This document shows, piece after piece, positions 41,131 to 50,259 of a stretch of 64,000 nucleotides of DNA (position 1 is the stretch's first letter; every line of letters starts with the position of its first letter). Origin of the DNA: an uncultured Alphaproteobacteria bacterium (GTDB lineage Bacteria > Pseudomonadota > Alphaproteobacteria > Rhodobacterales > Rhodobacteraceae). The notes below the pieces were generated by a model. It ran no database searches. It was not told where the DNA came from and was given only the letters and a program-made list of their open reading frames with translations. The position numbers and the translations under genes were made by a program. Location of the stretch: assembly GCA_902524655.1 (NCBI GenBank), contig CABZEG010000005.1, positions 3,851 through 67,850 of the forward strand. Reading direction: 5' to 3'.

Positions 41131-43530
41131 TTAGTTGGGTAGCTCAACCTCACTAGTTGTTTTACCTTTAAGATTGTCACTATTTTCATATTTAGAAAAA
41201 TCCCAATCGATACTTTGTAGCTTCTCTGAAAGAGCAACTCTCAAAACCTCCTCGACAGTTTTCACTGGTATTATTTCTAAGTCATTTTTCACATTATCAG
41301 GGATTTCTACTAAATCTTTTGTATTTTCGGTTGGAATTATAACAGTTTTTATACCCCCTCGCAGGGCAGCAAGAAGCTTTTCCTTTAAACCACCAATCGG
41401 CAAAACATTTCCCCGAAGAGTAACTTCTCCAGTCATAGCTACATCCTTTCTAATCGGTGTCTCTGTCAGCATACTTACTATTGAGGTCACCATTGCGATG
41501 CCAGCAGATGGACCATCTTTAGGAGTAGCACCTTCCGGCACATGCACGTGTATATCATACTTATCGAATAAAGTTGGGATAATACCAAACATTGGTGACC
41601 TCGAGCGCACAAAGCTCGAAGCAGCGTCGATACTTTCTTTCATAACTTCGCCCAGCTTTCCGGTTGATTTCATGTTACCTTTTCCTGGCAGCTTAATGGC
41701 CTCAATTGAAAGAAGGTCACCACCAACTTCGGTCCACGCTAAACCTGTAGCGACACCAATTTGATTTGACTCTTCAGCTAACCCATACTTAAATTTCTTT
41801 ACCCCAAGAAGATCGCTTATATTCTTTTCATTAACTTTCACAGACCTCTTGTTGTCTTTAACGATGAGAGTTAGCACTTTCCTACACAACTTGGAAATCT
41901 CTCTCTCGAGGTTTCTGACACCAGCTTCTCGTGTGTAGTGCCTGATTATTTCATAAAGACCTTTATCTTCAAGTAAAAACTCATTTTCACCAAGGCCATG
42001 ATTATCAATTTGCTTCTTGATAAGATGTCTTTGTGCAATTTCGGCCTTTTCGTCTTCAGTATAACCAGAGAGCTGAATAACCTCCATTCTATCAAGTAGT
42101 GGTCTAGGCATGTTAAAAGTATTTGCTGTTGTGATAAACATCACATCTGACAAGTCATATTCCACTTCTAAATAATGATCTGAGAACGTAGAGTTTTGTT
42201 CAGGATCCAACACTTCAAGCATTGCACTGGCAGGATCTCCTCGAAAATCATATCCCATTTTATCTATTTCATCCAATAATATCAGAGGGTTGGAAGTCTT
42301 TGCTTTTTTCATACTTTGGATGATTTTTCCAGGCATTGAGCCAATATAAGTTCTCCTATGCCCTCTTATTTCGCTCTCATCTCTCACTCCACCAAGTGAT
42401 ATCCTTATAAACTCTCTATTTGTTGCCTTAGCAACCGACTTTCCTAGGGAGGTTTTACCAACGCCAGGAGGTCCTACTAAACACAATATTGGTCCTTTCA
42501 GTTTTTTACTGCGGTGTTGCACAGCCAAGTATTCAATAATTCTCTCCTTTACTTTTTTAAGTCCGAAATGATCATTGTCCAATATATCTTCGGCGTTATT
42601 CAGATCTGACTTAATTCTAGACTTTTTTCTCCAAGGAATAGTTAAAAGCCAATCTAAATAATTCCTAACCACTGCTGATTCTGCTGACATTGGAGACATT
42701 GATTTCAATTTCTTCAATTCAGCGACAGCCTTCTCTTTCGCTTCCTTACTTAGTTTTGTCTTATCGATTTTCTCTTGAATTTCTGAGATCTCATCTTGTC
42801 CTTCAGGACCATCCCCTAACTCCTTTTGGATAGCTTTCATTTGCTCATTGAGATAATATTCACGCTGAGTTTTTTCCATCTGGTTTTTAACTCGTGTCTT
42901 AATCTTTTTTTCAACACGTAGTACACTCAATTCACCCTGAATAACTTCAAGGATCTTCTCAAGTCTCTTCTCCACGTCAAAAACCTCAAGAAGTTCCTGC
43001 TTTTTCTCAACAGGTAAATTAAGGTGCCCTGCAATTGAGTCTGAAAGCAAAATGGGGTCTGAAGCTTTTCTAATAGCCTCCAACGCCTCTTCAGTTATAT
43101 TTTTATTCAGCTTGGAGTACCTATCAAATTCTGTTGAAACAGTTCTCTTTAGAGCTTCTATCTCATCACCCTGAAAATTATTATCGGTAATTTCTTCACA
43201 AAATGCTTCGAGGAATTTACTTTTATTAGAAAACTCTGAGATTTTTACACGATGTTTTCCTTCTATCAATATTTTTACAGCTCCATCAGGGAGTTTTAGC
43301 ACCTGCAGGACGTTTGCTATTACTCCTACTTTATAGATATTATTCTCTTCAGGGTTGTCGTCCCCTGCCTCTTTTTGGGCCACAAGTAGTATCTGTTGTT
43401 CTGTTTTCATCACTTCTTCCAATGCTAGAACCGATCGTTCTCGCCCAACAAAGAGCCGCACTATCATATTTGGGAACACAACGATGTCTCTAAGGGGTAA
43501 AACAGGAATAGGTGATTTAAATGCGTTCAT
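41131..43530 (-). CDS. lon: ATP-dependent Lon protease
   Basis: N-terminus IPVLPLRDIVVFP, Walker A GPPGVGKTS, protease Ser motif PKDGPSAG. I prefer the M16 start at 43530, which has GGAGGA 5 nt upstream; the track start is 43575. Confidence 0.97.
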   Translation of the reverse strand: MNAFKSPIPVLPLRDIVVFPNMIVRLFVGRERSVLALEEVMKTEQQILLVAQKEAGDDNPEENNIYKVGVIANVLQVLKLPDGAVKILIEGKHRVKISEFSNKSKFLEAFCEEITDNNFQGDEIEALKRTVSTEFDRYSKLNKNITEEALEAIRKASDPILLSDSIAGHLNLPVEKKQELLEVFDVEKRLEKILEVIQGELSVLRVEKKIKTRVKNQMEKTQREYYLNEQMKAIQKELGDGPEGQDEISEIQEKIDKTKLSKEAKEKAVAELKKLKSMSPMSAESAVVRNYLDWLLTIPWRKKSRIKSDLNNAEDILDNDHFGLKKVKERIIEYLAVQHRSKKLKGPILCLVGPPGVGKTSLGKSVAKATNREFIRISLGGVRDESEIRGHRRTYIGSMPGKIIQSMKKAKTSNPLILLDEIDKMGYDFRGDPASAMLEVLDPEQNSTFSDHYLEVEYDLSDVMFITTANTFNMPRPLLDRMEVIQLSGYTEDEKAEIAQRHLIKKQIDNHGLGENEFLLEDKGLYEIIRHYTREAGVRNLEREISKLCRKVLTLIVKDNKRSVKVNEKNISDLLGVKKFKYGLAEESNQIGVATGLAWTEVGGDLLSIEAIKLPGKGNMKSTGKLGEVMKESIDAASSFVRSRSPMFGIIPTLFDKYDIHVHVPEGATPKDGPSAGIAMVTSIVSMLTETPIRKDVAMTGEVTLRGNVLPIGGLKEKLLAALRGGIKTVIIPTENTKDLVEIPDNVKNDLEIIPVKTVEEVLRVALSEKLQSIDWDFSKYENSDNLKGKTTSEVELPN

Positions 43531-43556
43531 GATATCCTCCGATCTCTCACATTGAT

Positions 43557-43586
43557 ATATATGATATACAAACAAAGAAATTCAAG
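43557..43586 (-). promoter_or_regulatory. Candidate RpoH (sigma32)-type promoter of lon: CTTGAA-N17-CATATAT
   Basis: On the minus strand, CTTGAA occupies 43586-43581 and CATATAT occupies 43563-43557, with a 17-nt spacer. The -10 element ends 26 nt before the lon ATG. In an AT-rich spacer a chance match is quite possible. Confidence 0.3.
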
Positions 43587-43633
43587 TTTGGTATTTTAGA
43601 AATATAACTGTTTTGTTTTTTTCTAAACAATCA

Positions 43634-44728
43634 TTAAAAAAAATTTTTAGCAAAAGCAGTAAACTCGCCTCTTTTTATGAGCTCCCTAATTTTTTTCATC
43701 AAACCTACATAGTAATATAAATTATGATGTGTTAGTAGCATAGATGCCAAAATCTCATTGGAACGAACCAGATGACTGAGATATCCTTTAGAATAGTTAG
43801 AGCAACAATAACAAAAACATTCTTCATCAATTGGACTATTATCCAATTGATGTTGCGCATTCTTTAAATTAATCGTTCCATTTTTAACAAAAGCTTGACC
43901 ATTTCTACCCGATCTTGTGGGAATTACACAGTCGAACATATCTACTCCTCGCAATACGGCACCAACAATATCACTTGGCTTACCTACTCCCATCAAGTAT
44001 CTAGGCCTGTCTTTAGGAAAAAAATCTGTAGAATAATCTAAGACCTCAAACATTTTTTTTTGAGGCTCTCCAACGGCAAGACCCCCTATAGCATAACCGT
44101 CAAAACCAATATCATTAAGATAACGTGAACTTTCTTCCCTTAGATCTTTAAACATTCCCCCTTGTTGAATTCCAAATAAAATGGAGCCATTGGAACCTTT
44201 AAAAGAAGATTTAGATCTCTCAGCCCATCGTGAAGACAATCTCATACTTTTTTCTGCGACTTCTTTTTCTACAGGGAATGGAGTGCACTCATCAAAGGCC
44301 ATAATGATAGTGCTCTTTAATGTTTCCTGGATCATTATTGAAGCTTCTGGAGTTAGCAAAAACTTCTTTCCATCTATATGAGAACGAAAGGTCACTCCCT
44401 TCTCATCTATTTGCCTGAGCTTTGAAAGGCTCATTACTTGAAAACCCCCACTATCAGTGAGGATTGGGCCCGACCAATTCATAAATTTATTCAAACCTCC
44501 CAAATGGTTGATTACTTTTTCTCCAGGTCTAATCATGAGGTGATAGGTGTTGCATAGAAGAATTTGAGCTCCAATTTTTTCAAGCGTTTCGGGAAGCATT
44601 GCCTTCACAGTTGCAGCAGTACCAACTGGCATAAAAACAGGCGTTTCAATATAGCCTCTAGCAGTTTTTAATAATCCAGTTCTCGACTTTCCTTCAACAT
44701 GAGAAACTGAAAAGTGATTTAGGTTCAT
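43634..44728 (-). CDS. tgt: Queuine tRNA-ribosyltransferase
   Basis: TPVFMPVGT, LTDSGGFQV, LFGIQQGG, GYAIGGLAVGE, and zinc site C.C..C...H (CFCYCCSNYSKGYLSHL). Confidence 0.95.
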   Translation of the reverse strand: MNLNHFSVSHVEGKSRTGLLKTARGYIETPVFMPVGTAATVKAMLPETLEKIGAQILLCNTYHLMIRPGEKVINHLGGLNKFMNWSGPILTDSGGFQVMSLSKLRQIDEKGVTFRSHIDGKKFLLTPEASIMIQETLKSTIIMAFDECTPFPVEKEVAEKSMRLSSRWAERSKSSFKGSNGSILFGIQQGGMFKDLREESSRYLNDIGFDGYAIGGLAVGEPQKKMFEVLDYSTDFFPKDRPRYLMGVGKPSDIVGAVLRGVDMFDCVIPTRSGRNGQAFVKNGTINLKNAQHQLDNSPIDEECFCYCCSNYSKGYLSHLVRSNEILASMLLTHHNLYYYVGLMKKIRELIKRGEFTAFAKNFF

Positions 44729-44791
44729 AATTTAATTCCTCTTGAATTTCTGTAAGCTTGTAAATATATTAGAAAAAAAGGCTGAGCAACA

Positions 44792-45169
44792 ATGTCACAT
44801 AATACCGATAAAGTCGAACCAGAATATAAAGATGAGGGACAGATATTAAGGCCATCATCTACGGAGCATCCCCTTTATGATAAGATAGTTGACGCTTGCA
44901 AGACAGTGTATGACCCCGAGATCTCAGTAAATATATACGATTTAGGTTTAATTTATACAGTAGAGATAAGCGAAGATAATGAAGCCAAAATTTTAATGTC
45001 ATTGACAGCACCTGGCTGTCCAGTTGCTGGTGAAATGCCCGGATGGGTATCTGATGCCGTCAAGCCCATAGAAGGGCTTAAGTCTGTGCATGTAGAGATA
45101 GTTTGGGAGCCTCAATGGGGGATGGAAATGATGTCCGATGAGGCTAGATTAGAACTAGGGTTTATGTGA
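44792..45169 (+). CDS. DUF59 (MIP18/SufT-like) Fe-S assembly protein
   Basis: VYDPEISVNIYDLGLIY and LTAPGCPVAG are the DUF59 core. The gene is followed by an A-type carrier gene. Confidence 0.8.
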   Translation: MSHNTDKVEPEYKDEGQILRPSSTEHPLYDKIVDACKTVYDPEISVNIYDLGLIYTVEISEDNEAKILMSLTAPGCPVAGEMPGWVSDAVKPIEGLKSVHVEIVWEPQWGMEMMSDEARLELGFM

Positions 45170-45176
45170 TCTGTTA

Positions 45177-45512
45177 ATGAGCAATTTTCTTAACATAAGT
45201 AAAACAGCGGCTAACCATATCAGAAAGATAATCGAGAATGGTGGCGGCAAGGCACTGCGAATAGGTCTGAAAAAAGGAGGCTGCGCTGGGATGGAATATA
45301 CAATGGAGTATGTTGATGAAATCTCCGACTCTGATGAGATAGTTGAAGTAGACGGCGCTAAGGTTGTAATAGCACCTACCGCTCAAATGTTTCTATTTGG
45401 AACCGAAATAGATTACGAGAGTGGGCTATTGGAATCTGGATTTAAGTTTATTAATCCTAACGTTTCAGAAACATGTGGTTGTGGAGAGTCTATAAAATTT
45501 GATGTTAGTTGA
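45177..45512 (+). CDS. A-type Fe-S carrier (HesB/IscA/ErpA/SufA family)
   Basis: LRIGLKKGGCAGMEY and the C-terminal CGCGESI cysteine motif. Confidence 0.87.
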   Translation: MSNFLNISKTAANHIRKIIENGGGKALRIGLKKGGCAGMEYTMEYVDEISDSDEIVEVDGAKVVIAPTAQMFLFGTEIDYESGLLESGFKFINPNVSETCGCGESIKFDVS

Positions 45513-45525
45513 ATTTAATTAGACA

Positions 45526-46245
45526 ATGAAAAATAATAACAAGATTATAGCAGCTAATTGGAAAATGAATGGATCCGAAGAGCTCATGAGAGATTTCTCG
45601 CAATTAACACGTTCAAAACGTAACGATATAATCATATGCCCACCATTTACGCTTTTAGATTCAGCGAAAAAACTTTTACCTAATTTTATAAAAATTGGTG
45701 CTCAAAACTGTAGCGAGGAAGATAAAGGCGCCTTCACAGGAGAAATATCCGCATCAATGCTGCGGGAGAAAAGCGTGTCATACGTTCTGATAGGACACTC
45801 TGAGCGTCGAACATTATTTAAAGAGACTGATGATGTAATCTTTAAAAAGGTCGAGGCAGCAATTAAGGGTGCACTTACCCCTATCGTCTGTATTGGTGAA
45901 ACACTGTCAGAAAAGGAAGCCAACAAAACATTACAAGTACTTGATAGTCAGATCAATGGATCGCTTGCCAAGATTGAACCTCATGAACAAGTTATAGTTG
46001 CATATGAACCTGTATGGGCAATAGGAACTGGATTGATACCTGATGAGAATGAAATAAAAGAAACTCACCTGTACATCAAAACAAAACTTAACCAACATTT
46101 TAACGCTGATATACCCATTTTATATGGTGGATCAGCTAATTCAGAAAACTGTAGTCAAATCATTTCAATAGACAATGTTGGAGGCTTGCTGGTAGGTGGA
46201 GCCTCTCTAAAAAAGCATGATTTTAAAGCAATTTGTAACTGTTAA
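45526..46245 (+). CDS. tpiA: Triose-phosphate isomerase
   Basis: AANWKMNG, GAFTGEIS, LIGHSERR, AYEPVWAIGTG, GGASL. Confidence 0.95.
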   Translation: MKNNNKIIAANWKMNGSEELMRDFSQLTRSKRNDIIICPPFTLLDSAKKLLPNFIKIGAQNCSEEDKGAFTGEISASMLREKSVSYVLIGHSERRTLFKETDDVIFKKVEAAIKGALTPIVCIGETLSEKEANKTLQVLDSQINGSLAKIEPHEQVIVAYEPVWAIGTGLIPDENEIKETHLYIKTKLNQHFNADIPILYGGSANSENCSQIISIDNVGGLLVGGASLKKHDFKAICNC

Positions 46246-47814
46246 CTAAACAAAAGCATCTGGCATAGAGCTTTTCTTTTTAAGCACATATTCTTTAAGC
46301 TCTTCTCTCTTCGATAATTCAAGTTCAGGCGGTTCATAGTACTTCAAGAGCTTTTTAGCTTTCTTGTTAGCTTCAAAGGTTAAATCTTTTTCACCTTCTT
46401 CTTGCCATGTTTCAAAAGGCTTATAATTCAAAATATCTGAACGCCAAAAAGCTGATTTGAAATTTTTTTGTGTATGGTCACATCCTAAAAAGTGGCCTCC
46501 AGCGCCAACATCTTTAATTGCTTCAAATGCTATGTCACTTTCTTCAACGTCAATACCTTTTGAAAGAGAGTTTAATATTCCTAATTGGTCTGCATCCATT
46601 ATAAATTTTTCTACACTTGCAACTAATCCACCTTCTAACCATCCACATGAATGCAACATAAAGTTAACACCACCCATTAACCCAGCGTGAAGGCTATTAG
46701 ATGTTTCATATGCTGCCTGAGCGTCTGTAATTTTTGAGCCACAAAGTCCTCCCCCTGACCTGTATGGAATTTTTAACCGTCTTGCCAACTGTCCTGCCCC
46801 ATACAATACTTTTGACGACTCTGGCGTCCCAAATGTTGGCGCACCAGAATTCATATCGATAGATGTAACGAAAGTACCAAAAATTACAGGAGCACCCTTT
46901 CTTACTAATTGACTATAAGCCACTCCTGCTAGAACTTCCGCCAACACTTGTGATAGTGTCCCTGCCACTGTCACGGGTGCCATCGCACCTCCAACAATAA
47001 AAGGGGAGATAATACATGCTTGGTTCGCTCTAGCGTATACTTCCAGGGCACCCATCATTGTTGCATCTAATACCAGTGGAGAATTAAGATTAATCAAAGA
47101 TGTCATTACGGTATTTTCGCTTACAAATTTTTTACCAAAAATAATTTCACTCATATCAACAGAGTCTTCTGCCCTTTCAGGCGCAGTGACCGAACCCATA
47201 TATGGCTTGTCTGAAAGTGTCATATGCGCAAAAAGCATGTCTAAATGTCTCTTATTTACCGGAATATCTGTTGGCTCACAAAGGGTTCCTCCTGAGTGAT
47301 GAACCCATTTTGACATATACGCTAATTTAACAAGTTTCTCAAAATCTGCTATCTCAGCATAGCGCCTTCCACCCTCAAGATCTCTTATAAAGGGGGGGCC
47401 ATACACGGGCGCGCACACCAAATTCTTTCCTCCTATTTCAACATTCTTTATCTTGGATCTTGCATGTTGAGTGAAAGTAGCTGGTGCGGTAGAACAAAGC
47501 TTGCGCGCTAGACCTTTAGGTATTTTCACCAAATCTCCTTTTATATCGGCTCCAGCTTCTTTCCATAATTTTAATGCAAACGCGTTATCAGGGAATTTAA
47601 CGCCAATTTCTGATAGCACTTCTTCAGCACTATTTTCAATTACTTCCAAAGCCTCTTCATTGAGCATTTCGAAATTCGGAATTTTTCTCTCAATATATTT
47701 AGCAAACTCTACTCGTTGAGTCGTTCTAGCTTCACGTCTGGCAGCTCTTCCACCCGAACCTCTTCTTGCTCTATTCAATATTAAATACCAATCAGAAATA
47801 TGTTTTGTTTGCAA
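46246..47814 (-). CDS. Trimethylamine methyltransferase (MttB) superfamily protein, non-pyrrolysine type
   Basis: 522 uninterrupted codons with no in-frame TAG. N-terminal RRGSGGRAARREAR tract and a TIM-barrel-like body typical of MttB homologs. The start codon is uncertain (TTG at 47814). Confidence 0.82.
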   Translation of the reverse strand: MQTKHISDWYLILNRARRGSGGRAARREARTTQRVEFAKYIERKIPNFEMLNEEALEVIENSAEEVLSEIGVKFPDNAFALKLWKEAGADIKGDLVKIPKGLARKLCSTAPATFTQHARSKIKNVEIGGKNLVCAPVYGPPFIRDLEGGRRYAEIADFEKLVKLAYMSKWVHHSGGTLCEPTDIPVNKRHLDMLFAHMTLSDKPYMGSVTAPERAEDSVDMSEIIFGKKFVSENTVMTSLINLNSPLVLDATMMGALEVYARANQACIISPFIVGGAMAPVTVAGTLSQVLAEVLAGVAYSQLVRKGAPVIFGTFVTSIDMNSGAPTFGTPESSKVLYGAGQLARRLKIPYRSGGGLCGSKITDAQAAYETSNSLHAGLMGGVNFMLHSCGWLEGGLVASVEKFIMDADQLGILNSLSKGIDVEESDIAFEAIKDVGAGGHFLGCDHTQKNFKSAFWRSDILNYKPFETWQEEGEKDLTFEANKKAKKLLKYYEPPELELSKREELKEYVLKKKSSMPDAFV

Positions 47815-47885
47815 CCATGCGTTATGTTACCTAATGTTGATAGCAATAACACCAATTTTATAGATTAAAAAGCCTATAATTCGTC

Positions 47886-49427
47886 ATGATCCTAATTATT
47901 GATTTTGGAAGTCAAGTAACTCAACTAATTGCAAGGCGTATAAGAGAGCTTAGCGTTTATTGCGAAATTATTCCTTGGGATGCAGATATTCTAAATATTA
48001 AATCAATTATCGAGGCAAAAGCTCTTATTTTGTCTGGAGGCCCAGACTCTACTAGGGTGAAAAAAAGCCCTACAGTTTCAAAACGAATTTTTGACTTAAA
48101 CATCCCGATATTAGGCATTTGCTACGGGCACCAACTTATCTGCAAACTATTAGGCGGTAAGATATCAAAGTCAGAAAAGAGAGAGTTTGGAAAAACGATA
48201 ATCCGTAGAAATAGCAAAAATCAGTCCCTATTGCTAAAAAATTTATTTAAAAATAACGTAGAAGAAGTTTGGATGAGTCATGGTGATGCAGTAACAGAAT
48301 TACCAGAAGGTTTTGTAGAACTAGCAAGCTCGGACACCTCTTCATTTTCAATAATTGGAGATACTGCTAGGAAGGTTTTTGGTGTTCAGTTTCATCCCGA
48401 AGTATTTCATACATTAAACGGAAAAAAATTTTTAGAAAACTTTGTAAACATTGCAAACATTAAAAGAAACTGGACACCCGTCAAGATAACGGAAAGTTTG
48501 ATCGAAAAACTTAGGAACGAGATAGGAGACGAAAGGGTAATTTGTGGCCTATCTGGTGGTGTGGATAGCACAGTCACAGCTCTTCTATTGCATAGGGCAA
48601 TCAAAAACAATCTAACGTGTATTTTTGTTGATAATGGACTTCTTCGAAAGCAAGAAGCTAATCAGATAGAGTTTCTTTTCAAAAAGCACTTCAAAATAAA
48701 ATTAAAAACAGTAAAGGCCAAAAATCTTTTTTTAGAGAATCTAAAAGGAGTGAGCGATCCTGAAAAAAAGAGAAAAATTATAGGGAAGCTTTTTATAAAT
48801 GTCTTTGAAAGAGAGGCTAAAAAGCTAAGAAAAATAAGTTATCTAGCACAGGGCACGCTCTATCCTGATGTTATTGAGTCGACGTCAGTGCATGGGAAAT
48901 CATCAGCAACTATCAAGAGTCATCATAATGTCGGTGGGTTGCCGAAAAAAATGAAATTAAAGTTAGTGGAACCATTAAAAACACTTTTCAAGGATGAGGT
49001 TAGAAAAATTGGCTCTGAGTTGAATCTCAATAAAACTTTTCTAGATAGGCACCCTTTCCCAGGACCTGGTTTAGCAATAAGGTGCCCTGGTGAAATAACT
49101 GCAAAAAAACTCAGTCTTCTGAGAGAAGCAGACAATATTTTCATTAATCAACTGAAAAAGCACAAATTGTATAATAATGTATGGCAAGCTTTAGTTATTT
49201 TATTGCCTATTAAGAGTGTAGGCGTGATGGGAGATGCTCGAACACATGAATATAGCTGCGTCTTAAGAGCAGTGAGAAGTACTGATGGAATGACCGCTGA
49301 TTTTTCTTACTTCAAAAAAGAATTTTTAGAAGAAACCAGCAACAAAATAATTAATGAAGTCAAAGGGATTAATAGAGTTTTGTTCGACATAACCTCTAAG
49401 CCCCCTGGTACAATTGAGTGGGAGTAG
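47886..49427 (+). CDS. guaA: Glutamine-hydrolysing GMP synthase
   Basis: GATase triad region GICYGHQL, PP-loop GLSGGVDSTV, and the C-terminal dimerisation end PPGTIEWE. Confidence 0.97.
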   Translation: MILIIDFGSQVTQLIARRIRELSVYCEIIPWDADILNIKSIIEAKALILSGGPDSTRVKKSPTVSKRIFDLNIPILGICYGHQLICKLLGGKISKSEKREFGKTIIRRNSKNQSLLLKNLFKNNVEEVWMSHGDAVTELPEGFVELASSDTSSFSIIGDTARKVFGVQFHPEVFHTLNGKKFLENFVNIANIKRNWTPVKITESLIEKLRNEIGDERVICGLSGGVDSTVTALLLHRAIKNNLTCIFVDNGLLRKQEANQIEFLFKKHFKIKLKTVKAKNLFLENLKGVSDPEKKRKIIGKLFINVFEREAKKLRKISYLAQGTLYPDVIESTSVHGKSSATIKSHHNVGGLPKKMKLKLVEPLKTLFKDEVRKIGSELNLNKTFLDRHPFPGPGLAIRCPGEITAKKLSLLREADNIFINQLKKHKLYNNVWQALVILLPIKSVGVMGDARTHEYSCVLRAVRSTDGMTADFSYFKKEFLEETSNKIINEVKGINRVLFDITSKPPGTIEWE

Positions 49428-49434
49428 TTATTTA

Positions 49435-49474
49435 GTGTAAGTATCTGTTTTTATGAAATTAGTTACTTACACTT
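49435..49474. repeat. Inverted repeat AGTGTAAGTA-N20-TACTTACACT, 7 nt after the guaA stop
   Basis: The arms at 49435-49444 and 49465-49474 are perfect reverse complements. No U-tract follows. Confidence 0.6.
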
Positions 49475-49589
49475 AACCTTTACAATAACAAATCAATCGT
49501 TGATTTCCAAAGTCTTTTTTCTTTCAGTTAAATCGAATGTTGCACAATCGTGTGACTACTGAAACTCGTAGTAACTCAGAGACTAAGAT

Positions 49590-50161
49590 TTGGCACTGAA
49601 GAAACAGCACTTTGCTGAAGTCGAAATACCGATATTTGGCAAGGCTTGTATCTACAAGCGAGCTGAGAATTGGCAGTTTCGCATGTGGTTGCCAAAAGAA
49701 AATAAGTACGCACGTAAAAGCTACACACATGCAGTGAAGCGACCACAATTGAAAAGGCTAATCCACTTCGCGAACTTACTGCTGAAGAAACTAAACACCT
49801 TAGAAAGTTAGAGGCAATAGCTGATATACTTAAGTGTGGGGAAAACGTGCAAAACCGTCAGTTACAAACGTGGTCAAGCAAAGAATAAGAACAGTTTGGA
49901 TACGAGTGGAAAGAGCAACTTGAACTGCGTAATGAGCTAAAAGATAAACCAAGCAACTTAAGACGATATGAAGAAAAGCTGAAACAAGCTACTTTTAATT
50001 ACAATGATGCAAAAGGCTCTAGCAGCAAAGGCAAACACTCTACTGCTAAGAAGTTTTACAGCAATAGTGAAAGCCTTGGTGAGGATGCACTAGAGATACT
50101 GCAAGAAATTCTGCACGATGACAGCAATCTCCGCGTATGTTTTGATAGAGATGTAGAATAA
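49590..50161 (+). pseudogene. Decayed mobile-element remnant: tyrosine-integrase N-terminal fragment (frameshifted) followed by or fused to an accessory ORF with an in-frame TAA
   Basis: Frame 1 reads ...GKACIYKRAENWQFRMWLPKENKYARKS and continues after a +1 shift as LHTCSEATTIEKA (an integrase arm-type N-terminus). The shifted frame then reads NPLRELTAEETKHLRKLEAIADILKCGENVQNRQLQTWSSKE-TAA(49886-49888)-EQFGYEWKEQLELRNELKDKPSNLRRYEEKLKQ...LRVCFDRDVE and stops at 50159-50161. No integrase catalytic domain is present. Confidence 0.5.
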
Positions 50162-50259
50162 TAATTTCCAAAATGTTTTTCTCGAAAAAAAATTTTATTA
50201 AAATAGAATGTAGTTAAATCTTATGAAATAAGGCGGTATTAATATTACCTAGAGTAGAC

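Noticed and set aside
41135-41764. 209-aa plus-strand ORF antisense to lon
   Set aside because: It lies entirely inside the strongly supported lon gene. It has a Ser/Pro/Thr-rich low-complexity composition typical of antisense shadow ORFs and no motif.
49621-49680. Elevated GC in the integrase remnant as evidence of foreign origin
   Set aside because: I counted 26/60 G+C here, but a guaA line (48001-48060) also gives 26/60 and a gyrA line (20521-20580) gives 22/60. The remnant is therefore not compositionally distinct from core coding DNA; only the spacers are unusually AT-rich.
49524-49748. 74-aa minus-strand ORF opposite the integrase remnant
   Set aside because: It has no motif, and the plus strand carries the recognisable integrase-like reading frames.
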